Assembly (NCBI GenBank): GCA_934660915.1
Contig: CAKUIF010000001.1
Location: 192,319 to 256,318 of the forward strand
Direction of reading: 5' to 3'
Source: an uncultured Olsenella sp.
GTDB lineage: Bacteria > Actinomycetota > Coriobacteriia > Coriobacteriales > Atopobiaceae
DNA: 64,000 bases
Under the pieces are notes generated by a model. The model was given only the letters and a program-made list of their open reading frames with translations. It ran no database searches and was not told where the DNA came from. Position numbers and translations under genes: made by a program. Of the stretch, positions 29,817 to 39,866 are shown one piece after another. The first letter of the stretch is position 1. Every line of letters begins with the position of its first letter.

Positions 29817-30347
29817 TTACAGGACGGCGACCTGGCAGCTGCGCATGGTGGCCAGAGCCGCCTCGTGACTCGCGGGCGTGACGCCGGCGCACAGCTTGAC
29901 CTCCACGCGCATCGGGACCTCGGGCAGCATGGCCTTGATCAGCAGCGCGTTGCTCACCACGCAGATGTCGGTGCACAGCCCCGCAAGCTCGATCGAGTCG
30001 ATGGGGCGCTCGGCGTTTCTTTCCACGAGCCACGCCGCGAGCTCGGCGGAGCCGAAGGTCGGCTTATCGAAGACGGGCGCGCCGAGCCCCTCGGCCACCT
30101 CCGCAACCGCGGGCACGAGCTCCCAGCCGGCCGTCCCGCGCACGCAGTGAGTCACGGGGAGGTTCCTGCCCTCCTGCGTCTGCAGGTAGTCCTCGGTGTG
30201 CGTGTCGCGGGTAAAGACGACCGTCCCCGCGAAGTCACGCGCACGCGCCGCGACGCCCTCCACGATGGCCTGAGCCTCGGGCGTGCCGAGCGCCCCGTCC
30301 ACGAAGTCGTTCTGCATATCGATGACAATCAGGTAATCGTTGGGCAT
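29817..30347 (-). CDS. pncA: Isochorismatase-family hydrolase (nicotinamidase/pyrazinamidase PncA-like)
   Basis: VIDMQNDF, catalytic Cys in LAGLCTDICV, K in FDKPTFG. Confidence 0.72.
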   Translation of the reverse strand: MPNDYLIVIDMQNDFVDGALGTPEAQAIVEGVAARARDFAGTVVFTRDTHTEDYLQTQEGRNLPVTHCVRGTAGWELVPAVAEVAEGLGAPVFDKPTFGSAELAAWLVERNAERPIDSIELAGLCTDICVVSNALLIKAMLPEVPMRVEVKLCAGVTPASHEAALATMRSCQVAVL

Positions 30348-30664
30348 CTGTCCTCCCGGATCCGACCGATTTTCGTTGCAACGATGGTACCTTAGCCGAC
30401 CCGCCGCGACGTGCGCAGGCGGGCTCGCGGCCGCTATCCCCGGCGGCTCCGGCGGACAATTTCAGCGGCAAATCGACGCGAGAATTAGATAAACATTTTT
30501 TATCGTATGCACTTTCCGGCAACCGGGATGCCGGTTGGCTCCGATGTACTCCAGAAAACACAACGCAGAGCATGTGAGGAAATTAAATAAGGCCTTTGAC
30601 CTGTTGTAAAATCATATTTTCTTCCTGCACCACATATTGTAAGAAGCGCGACCGAGGAGGACCC

Positions 30665-31516
30665 GTGCTCAAATTCGAGCAGTATGCTCGCCCAGCCACC
30701 GCGAAGGAGGCCTACGACCTTCTGCAAGAAAACCGTCTTGCGACCGTCATAGGCGGAATGATGTGGCTTCGCCTCTCCGACCGAACCATCCCGGTGGGAA
30801 TCGACCTTTCCGGCTGCGGCCTGGACCAGATCGAGGAGACCGACGACGCCTTCATCATCGGCGCCATGGTCACGCTCGGCCAGCTCGAGAACCACGAGGG
30901 CTTCGCGCGCATGACGCGCAACGTCTTCACTGACGGCGTCCACGACATCGTGGGCACGCAGTTCCGCAACCTCGCCACGGTCGGCGGCTCCGCCTATGCG
31001 CGCATGGGGTTCTCCGACATCGTCGTCGCCCTTCTTCCCCTCGACACCTGGGTGGAGTTCACCGGCGCCGGCACCATGCGCTTCGCCGACTTCGTCAACG
31101 GCGGCGCGGCGCGCGACGTGCTCGAGCGCATCATCGTAAAGAAGCACGACTACCGCGCGAGCTTCCAGTGCCTGCGCAATTCCGCCACGGACTTCTCGAC
31201 GCTCAACGTCTGCGCCGCGCTGTGGGACGACGAGTGGCACCTGGCCGTGGGCGCGAGGCCCAAGAAGGCCAAGTTCCTCGAGGGCGACGACCTCAGCCTG
31301 CCGCGCGAGTTCACCCCCGACGAGCTCGCGGCGGCCTGCGAGCGCGCCCGCTACCTCAACTACGGCACCGACCGCCGCGCCAGCGCCGACTACCGCGCCG
31401 AGCTCGCCGAGATCCTTTCCCGCCGCGCCATCCTTACCGCCGCGAACCAGCTCGACGTCGAGTCCGAGCTCCGCCTGGCCGCCGAGGCCGCCAAGCCCAA
31501 GGGGGTCTCCGCATAA
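30665..31516 (+). CDS. Xanthine-dehydrogenase-family FAD-binding subunit (CoxM/XdhB-like)
   Basis: GAGGAGG RBS and GTG start. FAD-binding PCMH-type domain (ATVIGGMMWL...GTQFRNLATVGGS). Confidence 0.75.
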   Translation: MLKFEQYARPATAKEAYDLLQENRLATVIGGMMWLRLSDRTIPVGIDLSGCGLDQIEETDDAFIIGAMVTLGQLENHEGFARMTRNVFTDGVHDIVGTQFRNLATVGGSAYARMGFSDIVVALLPLDTWVEFTGAGTMRFADFVNGGAARDVLERIIVKKHDYRASFQCLRNSATDFSTLNVCAALWDDEWHLAVGARPKKAKFLEGDDLSLPREFTPDELAAACERARYLNYGTDRRASADYRAELAEILSRRAILTAANQLDVESELRLAAEAAKPKGVSA

Positions 31517-34371
31517 TGAACGTCACCTTTACGCTCAACGGACGCCAGGTCACCGAGGACGTCGCGCCCGACCAGACTCTCTTTGCGTGGCTTCGCGCCC
31601 ACCACATCTCGTCCGTCAAGTGCGGCTGCGAGACGAGCAACTGCGGCCTGTGCACCGTGTGGCTCGACGACGAGCCGGTGCTGTCGTGCTCCATGCTCAT
31701 GGCCCGCGTCGACGGCCACGCCGTGACCACCCTCGAGGGGGTCGGCGCAGAGCGCGAGCTGTTCGCCCGCTGCCTCGCCGAGGAGGGCGCCGAGCAGTGC
31801 GGCTTCTGCTCCCCCGGCCTCGAGATGGACGTGCTCGCCCTCGACCGCAAGCACCCCGACGCCGACGACGAGACCATCCGCCGCTTCCTTTCCGGCAACC
31901 TCTGCCGCTGCTCCGGCTATGCCGGCCAGATGCGCGCCATCCGCCGCTTCCTCGGCCGCCACAAAAACCCGGGCGGCAAGCTCTCCGAGCGCTCCGAGTC
32001 CGCCGTCGCCATGGAGAAGCAGGTCAAGGCCGCAAGCAAGGGCGTCACGTCCTCCGACCGCGGCAGCTCGCTGTCCCGCCCCGTCGTAAAGAAGGACGCC
32101 GCCGCGCTTCTTGCCGGCAAGCCCGCCTTCACCGACGACCTCGCGCCCGACGACGCGCTCATCGTCAAGCTCATCCGCAGCGGCCAGGCCCACGCCCGCG
32201 TGACCAAGGTCGACACCTCCCGCGCCCTCGCCGTCCCTGGCGTCGTCGCCGTCTACACCCCCGAGGACGTGCCGCACAACCGCTTTACTCTGGCCGGCCA
32301 GTCCTTCCTCGAGTGCTCCCCCTACGACACCGTGATCCTCGACGACGTGGTCCGCTACGTCGGCGACGAGGTCGCCATGGTCGTGGCCGAGACCGAGGAG
32401 GCCGCGGCTGCCGCCGTCAAGCTCGTCAAGGTCACCTACGAGAAGCTGCCCGCCATCCTCAACATGGACGAGGCCCTCGACAACCCGATCGTGATCCACC
32501 CCGAGGACGACTGGTCCTACGGCGCCGACCGCACGGGCGACCCCAAGCGCAACCTCGTGGCCCACGACGTCCACGAGCACGGCGACGTCGAGGCGGCGCT
32601 CGCAGACTCCGACGTCGTGCTCGAGCGCGAGTACCACACCCAGGCCGCCGAGCAGGCCATGATGGAGACCATGCGCTCCTACGCCTACACCGACGCCTTC
32701 GGCCGACTGACCGTCGTGGCGTCCACGCAGGTGCCCTTCCACATCCGCCGCCAGGTCGCCACCGCCCTCGGCATCCCCAAGAGCCAGGTCCGTGTGATCA
32801 AGCCTCGCGTCGGCGGCGGCTTCGGCGCAAAGCAAACCGGCTGCAACGAGGTCTTCGCGGCCTTCGCCGCCCTGAAGACGGGCCGCCCCTGCAAGTGCAT
32901 CTACACCCGCGCCGAGACGATGAGCTGCTCGAACTCTCGCCACGAGATGAAGATGCGCGTGAGGATCGGCGCAAAGAAGGACGGCACCATCACCGCCATC
33001 GACCTCTACGCGCTTTCCAACGCCGGTGCCTACGGCTACCACGGCACGACCACCATCGGCCTCGTGGGCGCAAAGTCCCTGCCGATCTACAACCGCGCCG
33101 CGAGCCGCTTCAGCTACGACGTCGTGTACACGAACATGATGCCCGGCGGCGCGTACCGCGGCTACGGCGCCACGCAGGGCTGCTTCGCCGTCGAGTCCGC
33201 CGTCAACGAGCTCGCCGACGAGCTCGGCATGGACCCCTGCGAGGTCAGGCTCAAGAACCTCGTCAAGGAGGGCGAGACCCTCTGGCAGCTCGGCGAGGAG
33301 CCCCTGCGCAGCTGCCGCATCGACGAGTGCCTCGAGCGCGTCATGCACCTCACCGGCTGGAAGCGCCGCCCGCTCGTCGAGGACCTCGGCGACAAGGTCC
33401 GCTCCCGCGGCGTGGCCCTCACCATGCAGGGCTCCGGCATCTCGAACGTCGACATCGCCAACGTCGACATCACCCTCGAGGACGACGGCTTCTACGTGCT
33501 CAAGATCGGCGCGACCGACGTGGGCACCGGCGCCGACACTATCCTCGCCCAGATTGCGGCCGAGGTCCTCGGCTGCGACGTCGACCACGTAATCACCAAG
33601 GGCGTCGACACCGACACCTCCCCCTTCGACACCGGCGCCTACGCATCTTCGGGCACCTACACGACGGGCGGCGCCGTGGTCTTTGCGGCCAACGACCTCG
33701 TCGAGAAGATCCGCGCGCAGGCAGCAACGTGGTGGGGCATCGACGTCGACGACGTCGAGTTCGACTCCGGCCTCGTGCAGACCGCCGACGGCAAGAAAAA
33801 GATGACCGTCGCCGAGATGGCCAACCGCGCCATCGGCTTCGGCCTCAACCCGGGCATGCTCTCGGGCCACGGCTCCAACACCCAGCCGCAGTCTCCCCCG
33901 CCCTTCATCGCCGCCGTGGCCGAGGTCGAGGTCGACAAGGAGACCGGCAAGTACGAGCTCACCGACTACGCCGCCGTCGTCGACTGCGGAACCGTCATCA
34001 ACACGAACCTCGCCCGCGTCCAGGTCGAGGGCGGCCTCGTCCAGGGCATCGGCATGGCCATGTGCGAGGACGTGAACTACGACGCAAAAGGCAAGATGCG
34101 CACGGACTCCTTCATGCAGTACAAGATCCCGACCCGCATGGACGTGCCGGACGTCCGCGTCGAGTTCATGCCGAGCTACGAGCCCACCGGCCCCTTCGGC
34201 GCGAAGTCCATCGGCGAGGTCGTCATCAACACCCCGTCGCCGGCCATCGCGAGCGCCGTCGCGCACGCCACGGGCAACTACGTCCGCTCGCTGCCGATCA
34301 CGCCCGAGAAGGCGCTTCACGGCGATGCGGAAGTCGCCCCTGCCCCGCGCAACGCAGCCAAGCCCGAGTAA
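31516..34371 (+). CDS. Fused [2Fe-2S] small-subunit plus molybdopterin-binding large-subunit xanthine-dehydrogenase-family oxidoreductase (951 aa)
   Basis: N-terminal CGCETSNCGLCTV...CGFCSPG...CRCSGY 2Fe-2S motifs followed by a molybdopterin-binding large-subunit domain. ATG overlaps the previous stop (TAATG). Confidence 0.8.
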   Translation: MNVTFTLNGRQVTEDVAPDQTLFAWLRAHHISSVKCGCETSNCGLCTVWLDDEPVLSCSMLMARVDGHAVTTLEGVGAERELFARCLAEEGAEQCGFCSPGLEMDVLALDRKHPDADDETIRRFLSGNLCRCSGYAGQMRAIRRFLGRHKNPGGKLSERSESAVAMEKQVKAASKGVTSSDRGSSLSRPVVKKDAAALLAGKPAFTDDLAPDDALIVKLIRSGQAHARVTKVDTSRALAVPGVVAVYTPEDVPHNRFTLAGQSFLECSPYDTVILDDVVRYVGDEVAMVVAETEEAAAAAVKLVKVTYEKLPAILNMDEALDNPIVIHPEDDWSYGADRTGDPKRNLVAHDVHEHGDVEAALADSDVVLEREYHTQAAEQAMMETMRSYAYTDAFGRLTVVASTQVPFHIRRQVATALGIPKSQVRVIKPRVGGGFGAKQTGCNEVFAAFAALKTGRPCKCIYTRAETMSCSNSRHEMKMRVRIGAKKDGTITAIDLYALSNAGAYGYHGTTTIGLVGAKSLPIYNRAASRFSYDVVYTNMMPGGAYRGYGATQGCFAVESAVNELADELGMDPCEVRLKNLVKEGETLWQLGEEPLRSCRIDECLERVMHLTGWKRRPLVEDLGDKVRSRGVALTMQGSGISNVDIANVDITLEDDGFYVLKIGATDVGTGADTILAQIAAEVLGCDVDHVITKGVDTDTSPFDTGAYASSGTYTTGGAVVFAANDLVEKIRAQAATWWGIDVDDVEFDSGLVQTADGKKKMTVAEMANRAIGFGLNPGMLSGHGSNTQPQSPPPFIAAVAEVEVDKETGKYELTDYAAVVDCGTVINTNLARVQVEGGLVQGIGMAMCEDVNYDAKGKMRTDSFMQYKIPTRMDVPDVRVEFMPSYEPTGPFGAKSIGEVVINTPSPAIASAVAHATGNYVRSLPITPEKALHGDAEVAPAPRNAAKPE

Positions 34372-34403
34372 CGGACACGGCCTGACTCATTTGCTCGCAA
34401 CGC

Positions 34404-34438
34404 ACCCCGCCGACAGCTTACGGCGGGGTGCGTTTTCG
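34404..34438 (+). terminator. Rho-independent terminator after the oxidoreductase operon
   Basis: CGCACCCCGCCG-ACAGCTTA-CGGCGGGGTGCG followed by TTTTCG. Confidence 0.6.
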
Positions 34439-34587
34439 TATAGGTATTCCGTCACGCAGCCGGGCCGAGACCCGCCGCCCGCCGATTGCAAGCCCGCCCC
34501 ATTGCCCTCGGACTGTGCGAGAAGAACTATGCTCAGGAGACCCCGATAAGCGCATCCGTCAACCCGGACGAACGAAGGAGCCTCCTA

Positions 34588-35078
34588 TGGATATCAACGA
34601 AGCATATGAGAACCTTGGCTACAAGAAGGTCTTCGCCTCCCTCGACGGCTCCGATTTGCAGTACGACGTCCTTGCGCGCGCCATCGTCATCGCGTCGAAC
34701 AACCACGCGGAGCTCTACGTCGGCCACGTGATCGACGCGACGGTTTTCGAGGGAACCGGAATCAGCATCGGCTCCGTTGTTCCCAAGCTCGAGCAGGCCT
34801 TCCGTGACCAGATTGCGCCGCTCATCGACGACGCCGCGGCGAATCCGCGCATCCCGAACGTCGAGGTGCAGATCAAGGTCGGCCGCATCCGCGAGACGCT
34901 CAAGGAAAAGATGATCGACGTGATCGAGCCTGACGTCATCGTCTGCGGCGCGCGCGGGCTCTCGAGCATCAAGTACGCGCTTTTGGGATCCATCTCGACG
35001 TACCTGCTGCGCAACTGCACCTGTGACATCCTCGTGGTCAAGCGCCCGGCCATCGCCGGTGCGAGCAAGCCGCTGTAG
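34588..35078 (+). CDS. uspA: Universal stress protein UspA family
   Basis: 163 aa. C-terminal VIVCGARGLSSI...GSISTYLLRNCTCDILVV Usp motif. Confidence 0.78.
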
Positions 35079-35093
35079 GAGAAGGCAGGCGAG

Positions 35094-35495
35094 CTACTGC
35101 GCGAGCGCGATCGCCTCGACGTAGCCAGTCTCGTTGGTTACCGAAACAAGAATCGAAGACACGCCGGCGCCCGCGAAGACCTCCGCGAGCGCACCGTCCA
35201 TGACGACCTCGGGCTGGCCCGTAGGCGCATCGAGGCACTCGACGCTGCGCAGGTCGAAGCCTTCCTGAGTGAGCGGCGCTACCGCCTTGAAGACGGCTTC
35301 CTTGACGGCAAAGCGCCCGGCGAGGTACTGGCAGGCGTCGTGCCTGCCGCGCGCCTGGGCAAGCTCGGCAGGCGTAAAGGTCCGCTCGACGAAGGCGCAA
35401 GGAGCTGCCTGCGACGCGTCGAACCCCTCGCAAACCTGCCGGAACTCCGTCAAGTCGACCAAATCTATGCCCACACCTAAAACCAAGTCCGTCAT
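35094..35495 (-). CDS. acpS: Holo-[acyl-carrier-protein] synthase
   Basis: 133 aa. GIDLVDL and FAVKEAVFKA motifs. Confidence 0.8.
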   Translation of the reverse strand: MTDLVLGVGIDLVDLTEFRQVCEGFDASQAAPCAFVERTFTPAELAQARGRHDACQYLAGRFAVKEAVFKAVAPLTQEGFDLRSVECLDAPTGQPEVVMDGALAEVFAGAGVSSILVSVTNETGYVEAIALAQ

Positions 35496-35606
35496 CCCTC
35501 TTGATCGCGAACCAACTGGTTAATAATAGCCGCAACCCATAGCTGCCGACATACAAGTCAATTGCAAACCAAAGACGGCAACACGGCGCTTGATTCAAAT
35601 TACTGA

Positions 35607-35730
35607 GCGAAGTCGGTATCCTTTTTCGAAAACCTTGGGTAGACCAGCACAGATACTTGCTAAACAGCAGGGTTTTGATACTTTATCGATACCTCTACTC
35701 AGGGTTTTGAAATTCAGATACCGACTTCGC
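35607..35730. repeat. Hairpin repeat family R3 copy A (~36-bp imperfect arms GCGAAGTCGGTATCCTTTTTCGAAAACCTTGGGTAG, ~52-nt loop)
   Basis: Read directly. The 5' arm is near-identical to the 5' arm of copy B at 36845. Confidence 0.8.
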
Positions 35731-35774
35731 ATGTTATTTGCTCTTTAGCGCCCCTCAGACCGAGAGGACATCGC

Positions 35775-36833
35775 ATGGAAACGGTTTTCAGCGGCCCGTC
35801 GGCCTTCAAATACTATCGAACACCACCGCAGGTCCTTGCGCTCTGCCACGAACTGCCCATGTCGCAGGACCGCGCCACACGCACCGCCTTCCCCAACCAC
35901 CCGACCGCAAAAGCCGTGCTCGGGCAGACGGTGCATACGCTCGTGACGAGCAAATCCGAGCAAACAGGGGCCAAGTACGTAAAGCAGCACCTATGGAAAG
36001 GGCCGCGTCCCTCAGTCGACATATTCGAAGACCCCGTGATCGGCACGCTGACCTCGCCGTTATTCACCCTCTTGACCCTGGCGCGCGACTACAACGCCAT
36101 CGAAGTCGCCATGGCAATGTATGAGTTATGCGGCAAGTTCTCGGTTTACGCACCGTCCCCGGAGATCGAAACGTTGCTTCCGTCCCCGCAAGATGCTCAA
36201 CGGCTCGGATTCGGTTGGAACCGAGTGACGGGAACCGACGGACGACCGAGTTCGTTATGGATCCGCGAGCCGATCATCGAGCTCGGCGACCTCAAGGGAT
36301 TCGTCGACGAGATCAAGGGGATGCGCGGATCTACGACGTTTGCAAAGGCTGCCGATATGGTGCTCGGCGTCGTCCGCTCCCCGCTCGAGGCGAGCACCGC
36401 GATGCTCCTCGGGCTGCCTCGCTCAAAGGGCGGGTACGGTCTTAGCATCCAAACCGACAAGGTTATCCGACTCGGAGCGAGCGCAAGGGCAATGGTCGGC
36501 AAGGATTACCTCGTCGCAGATATCTATGTTGAGTCAAAGGATGGCAGGCACGCGCTCGACATCGAGTGCCAAGGAGAAACCGTTCATTCGGGTATCGGCG
36601 CACGAATCTCCGACGCGGACCGTGCGTGCGCCATCGAGGCGTCGGGCGTCGACATCCTCTATTTGACCGAACGCCAACTGAAGGATGCCGACAACCTCGC
36701 GCTCTTTATCGAATTGGTCGAGGGAAGGCTCCACGAGAAGATGCCTGCGAGGACAGAGCGTATGAAAAACACCGAGCAAGAGCTCCGCTACCACCTTTTC
36801 CAGAATTGGGAAACCCTTTGCGGCGTCTCCTAG
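35775..36833 (+). CDS. Hypothetical protein (352 aa). C-terminal region resembles a DUF559 / Vsr-like (PD-(D/E)xK-fold) domain, N-terminal ~230 aa unknown.
   Basis: C-terminal ALDIECQGETVHSGIGARISDADRACAIEASGVDILYLTERQL resembles the DUF559 consensus as I recall it (EvDG..H....D..R...L...G..vlR.t). Lower GC than the flanks. Recognition by memory only, not verified. Confidence 0.5.
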   Translation: METVFSGPSAFKYYRTPPQVLALCHELPMSQDRATRTAFPNHPTAKAVLGQTVHTLVTSKSEQTGAKYVKQHLWKGPRPSVDIFEDPVIGTLTSPLFTLLTLARDYNAIEVAMAMYELCGKFSVYAPSPEIETLLPSPQDAQRLGFGWNRVTGTDGRPSSLWIREPIIELGDLKGFVDEIKGMRGSTTFAKAADMVLGVVRSPLEASTAMLLGLPRSKGGYGLSIQTDKVIRLGASARAMVGKDYLVADIYVESKDGRHALDIECQGETVHSGIGARISDADRACAIEASGVDILYLTERQLKDADNLALFIELVEGRLHEKMPARTERMKNTEQELRYHLFQNWETLCGVS

Positions 36834-36844
36834 ATCAATTACTG

Positions 36845-36972
36845 TGCGAAGTCGGTATCCTTTTTCGAAAACCTTGAGTAGCCAATCAAAAACAGGCGGC
36901 AAAACCCCAGGAAATGAGGTTCTGCCGCCTGTTATACTCGCACTTCCTGAATTAGGATACCGACTTCGCGCA
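36845..36972. repeat. Hairpin repeat family R3 copy B (17-19-bp arms, nested inner hairpin, T6 tail)
   Basis: TGCGAAGTCGGTATCCTTTTTCGAAAACCTTGAGTAG ... AGGATACCGACTTCGCGCA followed by GTTTTTT. Likely also terminates the upstream gene. Confidence 0.8.
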
Positions 36973-37010
36973 GTTTTTTGCCGATGACGCTGGAAAACCC
37001 GAGGAACCGA

Positions 37011-37865
37011 CTACTTCGCGCCCGCAAAAGCCAAGGCGAAGGAGCCGGGGCCGCAGTGCGAGGTGATCACGTTGTGCGACTCGTACCAGCGAATCGACTT
37101 GAAGCCGAGCTCGCGAGCGTGCTCCTCGGCGGCGCGCTGAATGGCGTCGGGCAGACCCGCGGAATGCAGGAGGTAGACAACGTCGGTGTCGTAGTCGCCC
37201 TGCAGCGCCATATGGTCCATGAGGCCGATGGCAGCTTTCTCCATGTTGCCGCGCAGCTTCTTGGTCGCCACGAGCTTGCCCTCGAGCAGCTCGATGATCG
37301 GCTTGATGCGAAGCAGGGTTGCCCCGACGAACGCCGCGTTGGAAAGACGGCCACCCGCTCGCAGGTAGCCGAGGTCGCCGGGCACGAAGCCCATGCGCAC
37401 ACGGCTCGCGAGCTCCTCGGACCATGCCATGAGCTCCTCGACCGAGATGTCGGGGTTCTCCGCGAGGTGGCGGGCGGTCTGCGTGACGACGAAGCCCTGG
37501 CCGATGGTCACGTGACGGGTGTCGAACATGTGAACGTAGTCGCGCCCCTCCGCAGCGGTGCGGGCGGACTCGTAGGAGCACGTGGTCACGGAAGAGTAGG
37601 CGATGTAGAGGATCTGGGCGTTCGGGTGCTCGGCGTGGACGCGGTCGAGAACCACGGAGAAGTCGCCCGGGGTGCAGCCGCTCGTGCGCGGGAGCACACC
37701 GAGCTGGCGGCACTCCTCGAGCATCTCGGCGGGCGGGAGCTCGCCATCGTCGATAGTCTTCTGGCCGATGGAGACGTGCATGGGCACGATCTCGATGCCG
37801 AGCTCGGCCGCCTCGGCGGCAGGGACGTCGGAGCCGGACTCGGCAATGATGACGATTTCACTCAT
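37011..37865 (-). CDS. DegV-family fatty-acid-binding protein
   Basis: 284 aa. Conserved DegV motifs (IVTDSTSD-like SEIVIIAESGSD...). Confidence 0.8.
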   Translation of the reverse strand: MSEIVIIAESGSDVPAAEAAELGIEIVPMHVSIGQKTIDDGELPPAEMLEECRQLGVLPRTSGCTPGDFSVVLDRVHAEHPNAQILYIAYSSVTTCSYESARTAAEGRDYVHMFDTRHVTIGQGFVVTQTARHLAENPDISVEELMAWSEELASRVRMGFVPGDLGYLRAGGRLSNAAFVGATLLRIKPIIELLEGKLVATKKLRGNMEKAAIGLMDHMALQGDYDTDVVYLLHSAGLPDAIQRAAEEHARELGFKSIRWYESHNVITSHCGPGSFALAFAGAK

Positions 37866-38132
37866 GATATTTGCCTTTCTGCGCAGGTCATGTATTGTTT
37901 TGAACTATGGTCAAAGATTCTGACCGCAGTTTGAGCAGGTAAACGCATCGATGCAATCATACGACCGCCTTCTGTTCAAAACGCAATCTTCACAGGCTTC
38001 ATTAAGCTCCGTACACAAAAGCAAAGCTCAATTTCTATCAACGAAATAACGCCAGCCTCCTTGGCCCTCAGCCGAACAGCTAGGGGTACGATTGCAAAGG
38101 CAAAACCGTCACCACCTGCAGGTCGGAGTCAC

Positions 38133-39866
38133 ATGTTCAAGCTCAGGCGCTATCTGCGCGGGCACTACCTCGAGTGCGTGCTCGCGCCCACCTTCAAGGG
38201 CCTGGAGGCCATCCTTCAGCTCATTGTCCCCATCATCATGTCGCAGGTCATCGACGTCGGCATCGCGAGCGGCGACAGCGCCTACATCCTCATGCACGCA
38301 GGCGCGCTCGTCCTTCTTGCCTTCTTCTGCTACGCCGTCTCGATCGTGGCGCAGTACTTCTCGTCAAAGCTCGCGGCGCAGTTCGGCGCAGCAGTGCGCG
38401 ATGACCTGTTCCGCCACGTGATGACGCTCTCGCGCGAGGACATCGACCGCATCGGCCGCGCCTCGCTCGTCACGCGCATGACCAACGACACCCAGCAGAC
38501 CCAAGACGGCCTCAACCTGTTCTTCCGCCTGATTCTGCGCTCCCCCTTCATCATCGTCGGCTCGGTGATCGCCGCCTTCCTCGTCGACGGCTGGGAGGGC
38601 GCCGTGCTGCTCGTGTCCACGACAATCACGGTCGCGCTCATCCTCTTTTTCATGGGCATCACCACCAAGCGCTACCGCAAGACCCAGCGCGCCCTCGACG
38701 ACGTGCAGCTCAAGTGCTCCGAGAACCTCGAGGGCGCCCGCGTGCTGAGGGCTTTTTGCCAGGAGGACTCCGAGATCTCGACTTTCCACGAGGTGTCCGG
38801 CACGGTCCGCGACCTGCAGCTTTCGGCAGGAGACCTGAGCGTGATGGTCAATCCCCTCACCTACCTCGTCGTGAACCTCGGCCTCATCGCCCTTCTGTGG
38901 GTGGGCGGCCTGCAGGTCAACGTCGGCAACCTCACGCAGGGCCAAGTCGTGGCGCTCGCGAGCTATGTGAGCCAGGCGCTTGTCGAGCTCCTCAAGCTCA
39001 CGTGGCTCATCACCACCATCGCCAAGGCCCAGGGCTGCGCCACGCGCATCAACGAGGTGTTCGCCACGAAGCCCACGCAGGCGGACGGCAAGCTCGACGC
39101 CGCCGCATCCGCCATCGCCGGCGCCCCGGCGGTTGTCCTCGACGACGTGAGCTTCGTCTACCCCGACGCCGCGGGCGAGTCGCTCTCGCACGTGAGCCTC
39201 AAGCTCGAGGACGGCCAGACGCTCGGCGTGATCGGCGGCACCGGCTCCGGCAAGTCGACGCTCGCCTCGCTCCTCATGCGCTTCTACGACGCCACGTCCG
39301 GCCGCGTGCTCGTGGGCGGCCAAGACGTGCGCGACCTCACGCAGCAGAGCCTGCGCCAAGAGGTCGCCCTCGTCGAGCAGGGGCCGCAGCTCTTCTCGGG
39401 CACCATCGCCTCGAACCTCCGTTGGGGAGACGCCGACGCGACCGACGACGACCTCCTGCGCGCCGTCGAGACCGCCCAGGCGACCGACGTCGTCGAGGGC
39501 AAGGGCGGGCTTGCCGCCGAGGCCGAGCAGTTCGGCCGCAACTTCAGCGGCGGCCAGCGCCAGCGCCTTGCCATCGCGCGGACCCTCGCCAGGCGCCCCC
39601 GCGTGCTCATCCTCGACGACGCGAGCTCCGCGCTCGACTTCGCCACCGACTCGAAGCTCCGCCGCGCGATCCGTCGCGACTTCGCCGACTCCGCCGTCAT
39701 CCTCATCTCGCAGCGCGTGGCGGCGGTCCGCTCCGCCGACCAGATCCTCGTGCTCGACGGCGGCCGTCAGGTCGGCCTCGGCACACACGAGGAGCTGCTG
39801 AAGAACTGCGAGGTATACCGCGAGATCTGCGACTCCCAGCTCACGAGCGAGGAGGCCCACCGATGA
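38133..39866 (+). CDS. ABC transporter permease/ATP-binding protein (exporter type, fused TMD-NBD)
   Basis: Walker A GGTGSGKST, signature FSGGQRQRL, Walker B ILILDDASSALD. Start at MFKLRRYLRGHY inside ORF 38061..39866. Confidence 0.8.
   Translation: MFKLRRYLRGHYLECVLAPTFKGLEAILQLIVPIIMSQVIDVGIASGDSAYILMHAGALVLLAFFCYAVSIVAQYFSSKLAAQFGAAVRDDLFRHVMTLSREDIDRIGRASLVTRMTNDTQQTQDGLNLFFRLILRSPFIIVGSVIAAFLVDGWEGAVLLVSTTITVALILFFMGITTKRYRKTQRALDDVQLKCSENLEGARVLRAFCQEDSEISTFHEVSGTVRDLQLSAGDLSVMVNPLTYLVVNLGLIALLWVGGLQVNVGNLTQGQVVALASYVSQALVELLKLTWLITTIAKAQGCATRINEVFATKPTQADGKLDAAASAIAGAPAVVLDDVSFVYPDAAGESLSHVSLKLEDGQTLGVIGGTGSGKSTLASLLMRFYDATSGRVLVGGQDVRDLTQQSLRQEVALVEQGPQLFSGTIASNLRWGDADATDDDLLRAVETAQATDVVEGKGGLAAEAEQFGRNFSGGQRQRLAIARTLARRPRVLILDDASSALDFATDSKLRRAIRRDFADSAVILISQRVAAVRSADQILVLDGGRQVGLGTHEELLKNCEVYREICDSQLTSEEAHR

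Noticed and set aside
30348-30664. Sigma-70 promoter TTGACC...TAAAAT upstream of the oxidoreductase operon
   Set aside because: The -35/-10 spacing is only ~5 nt. No convincing alternative hexamers were found by eye.
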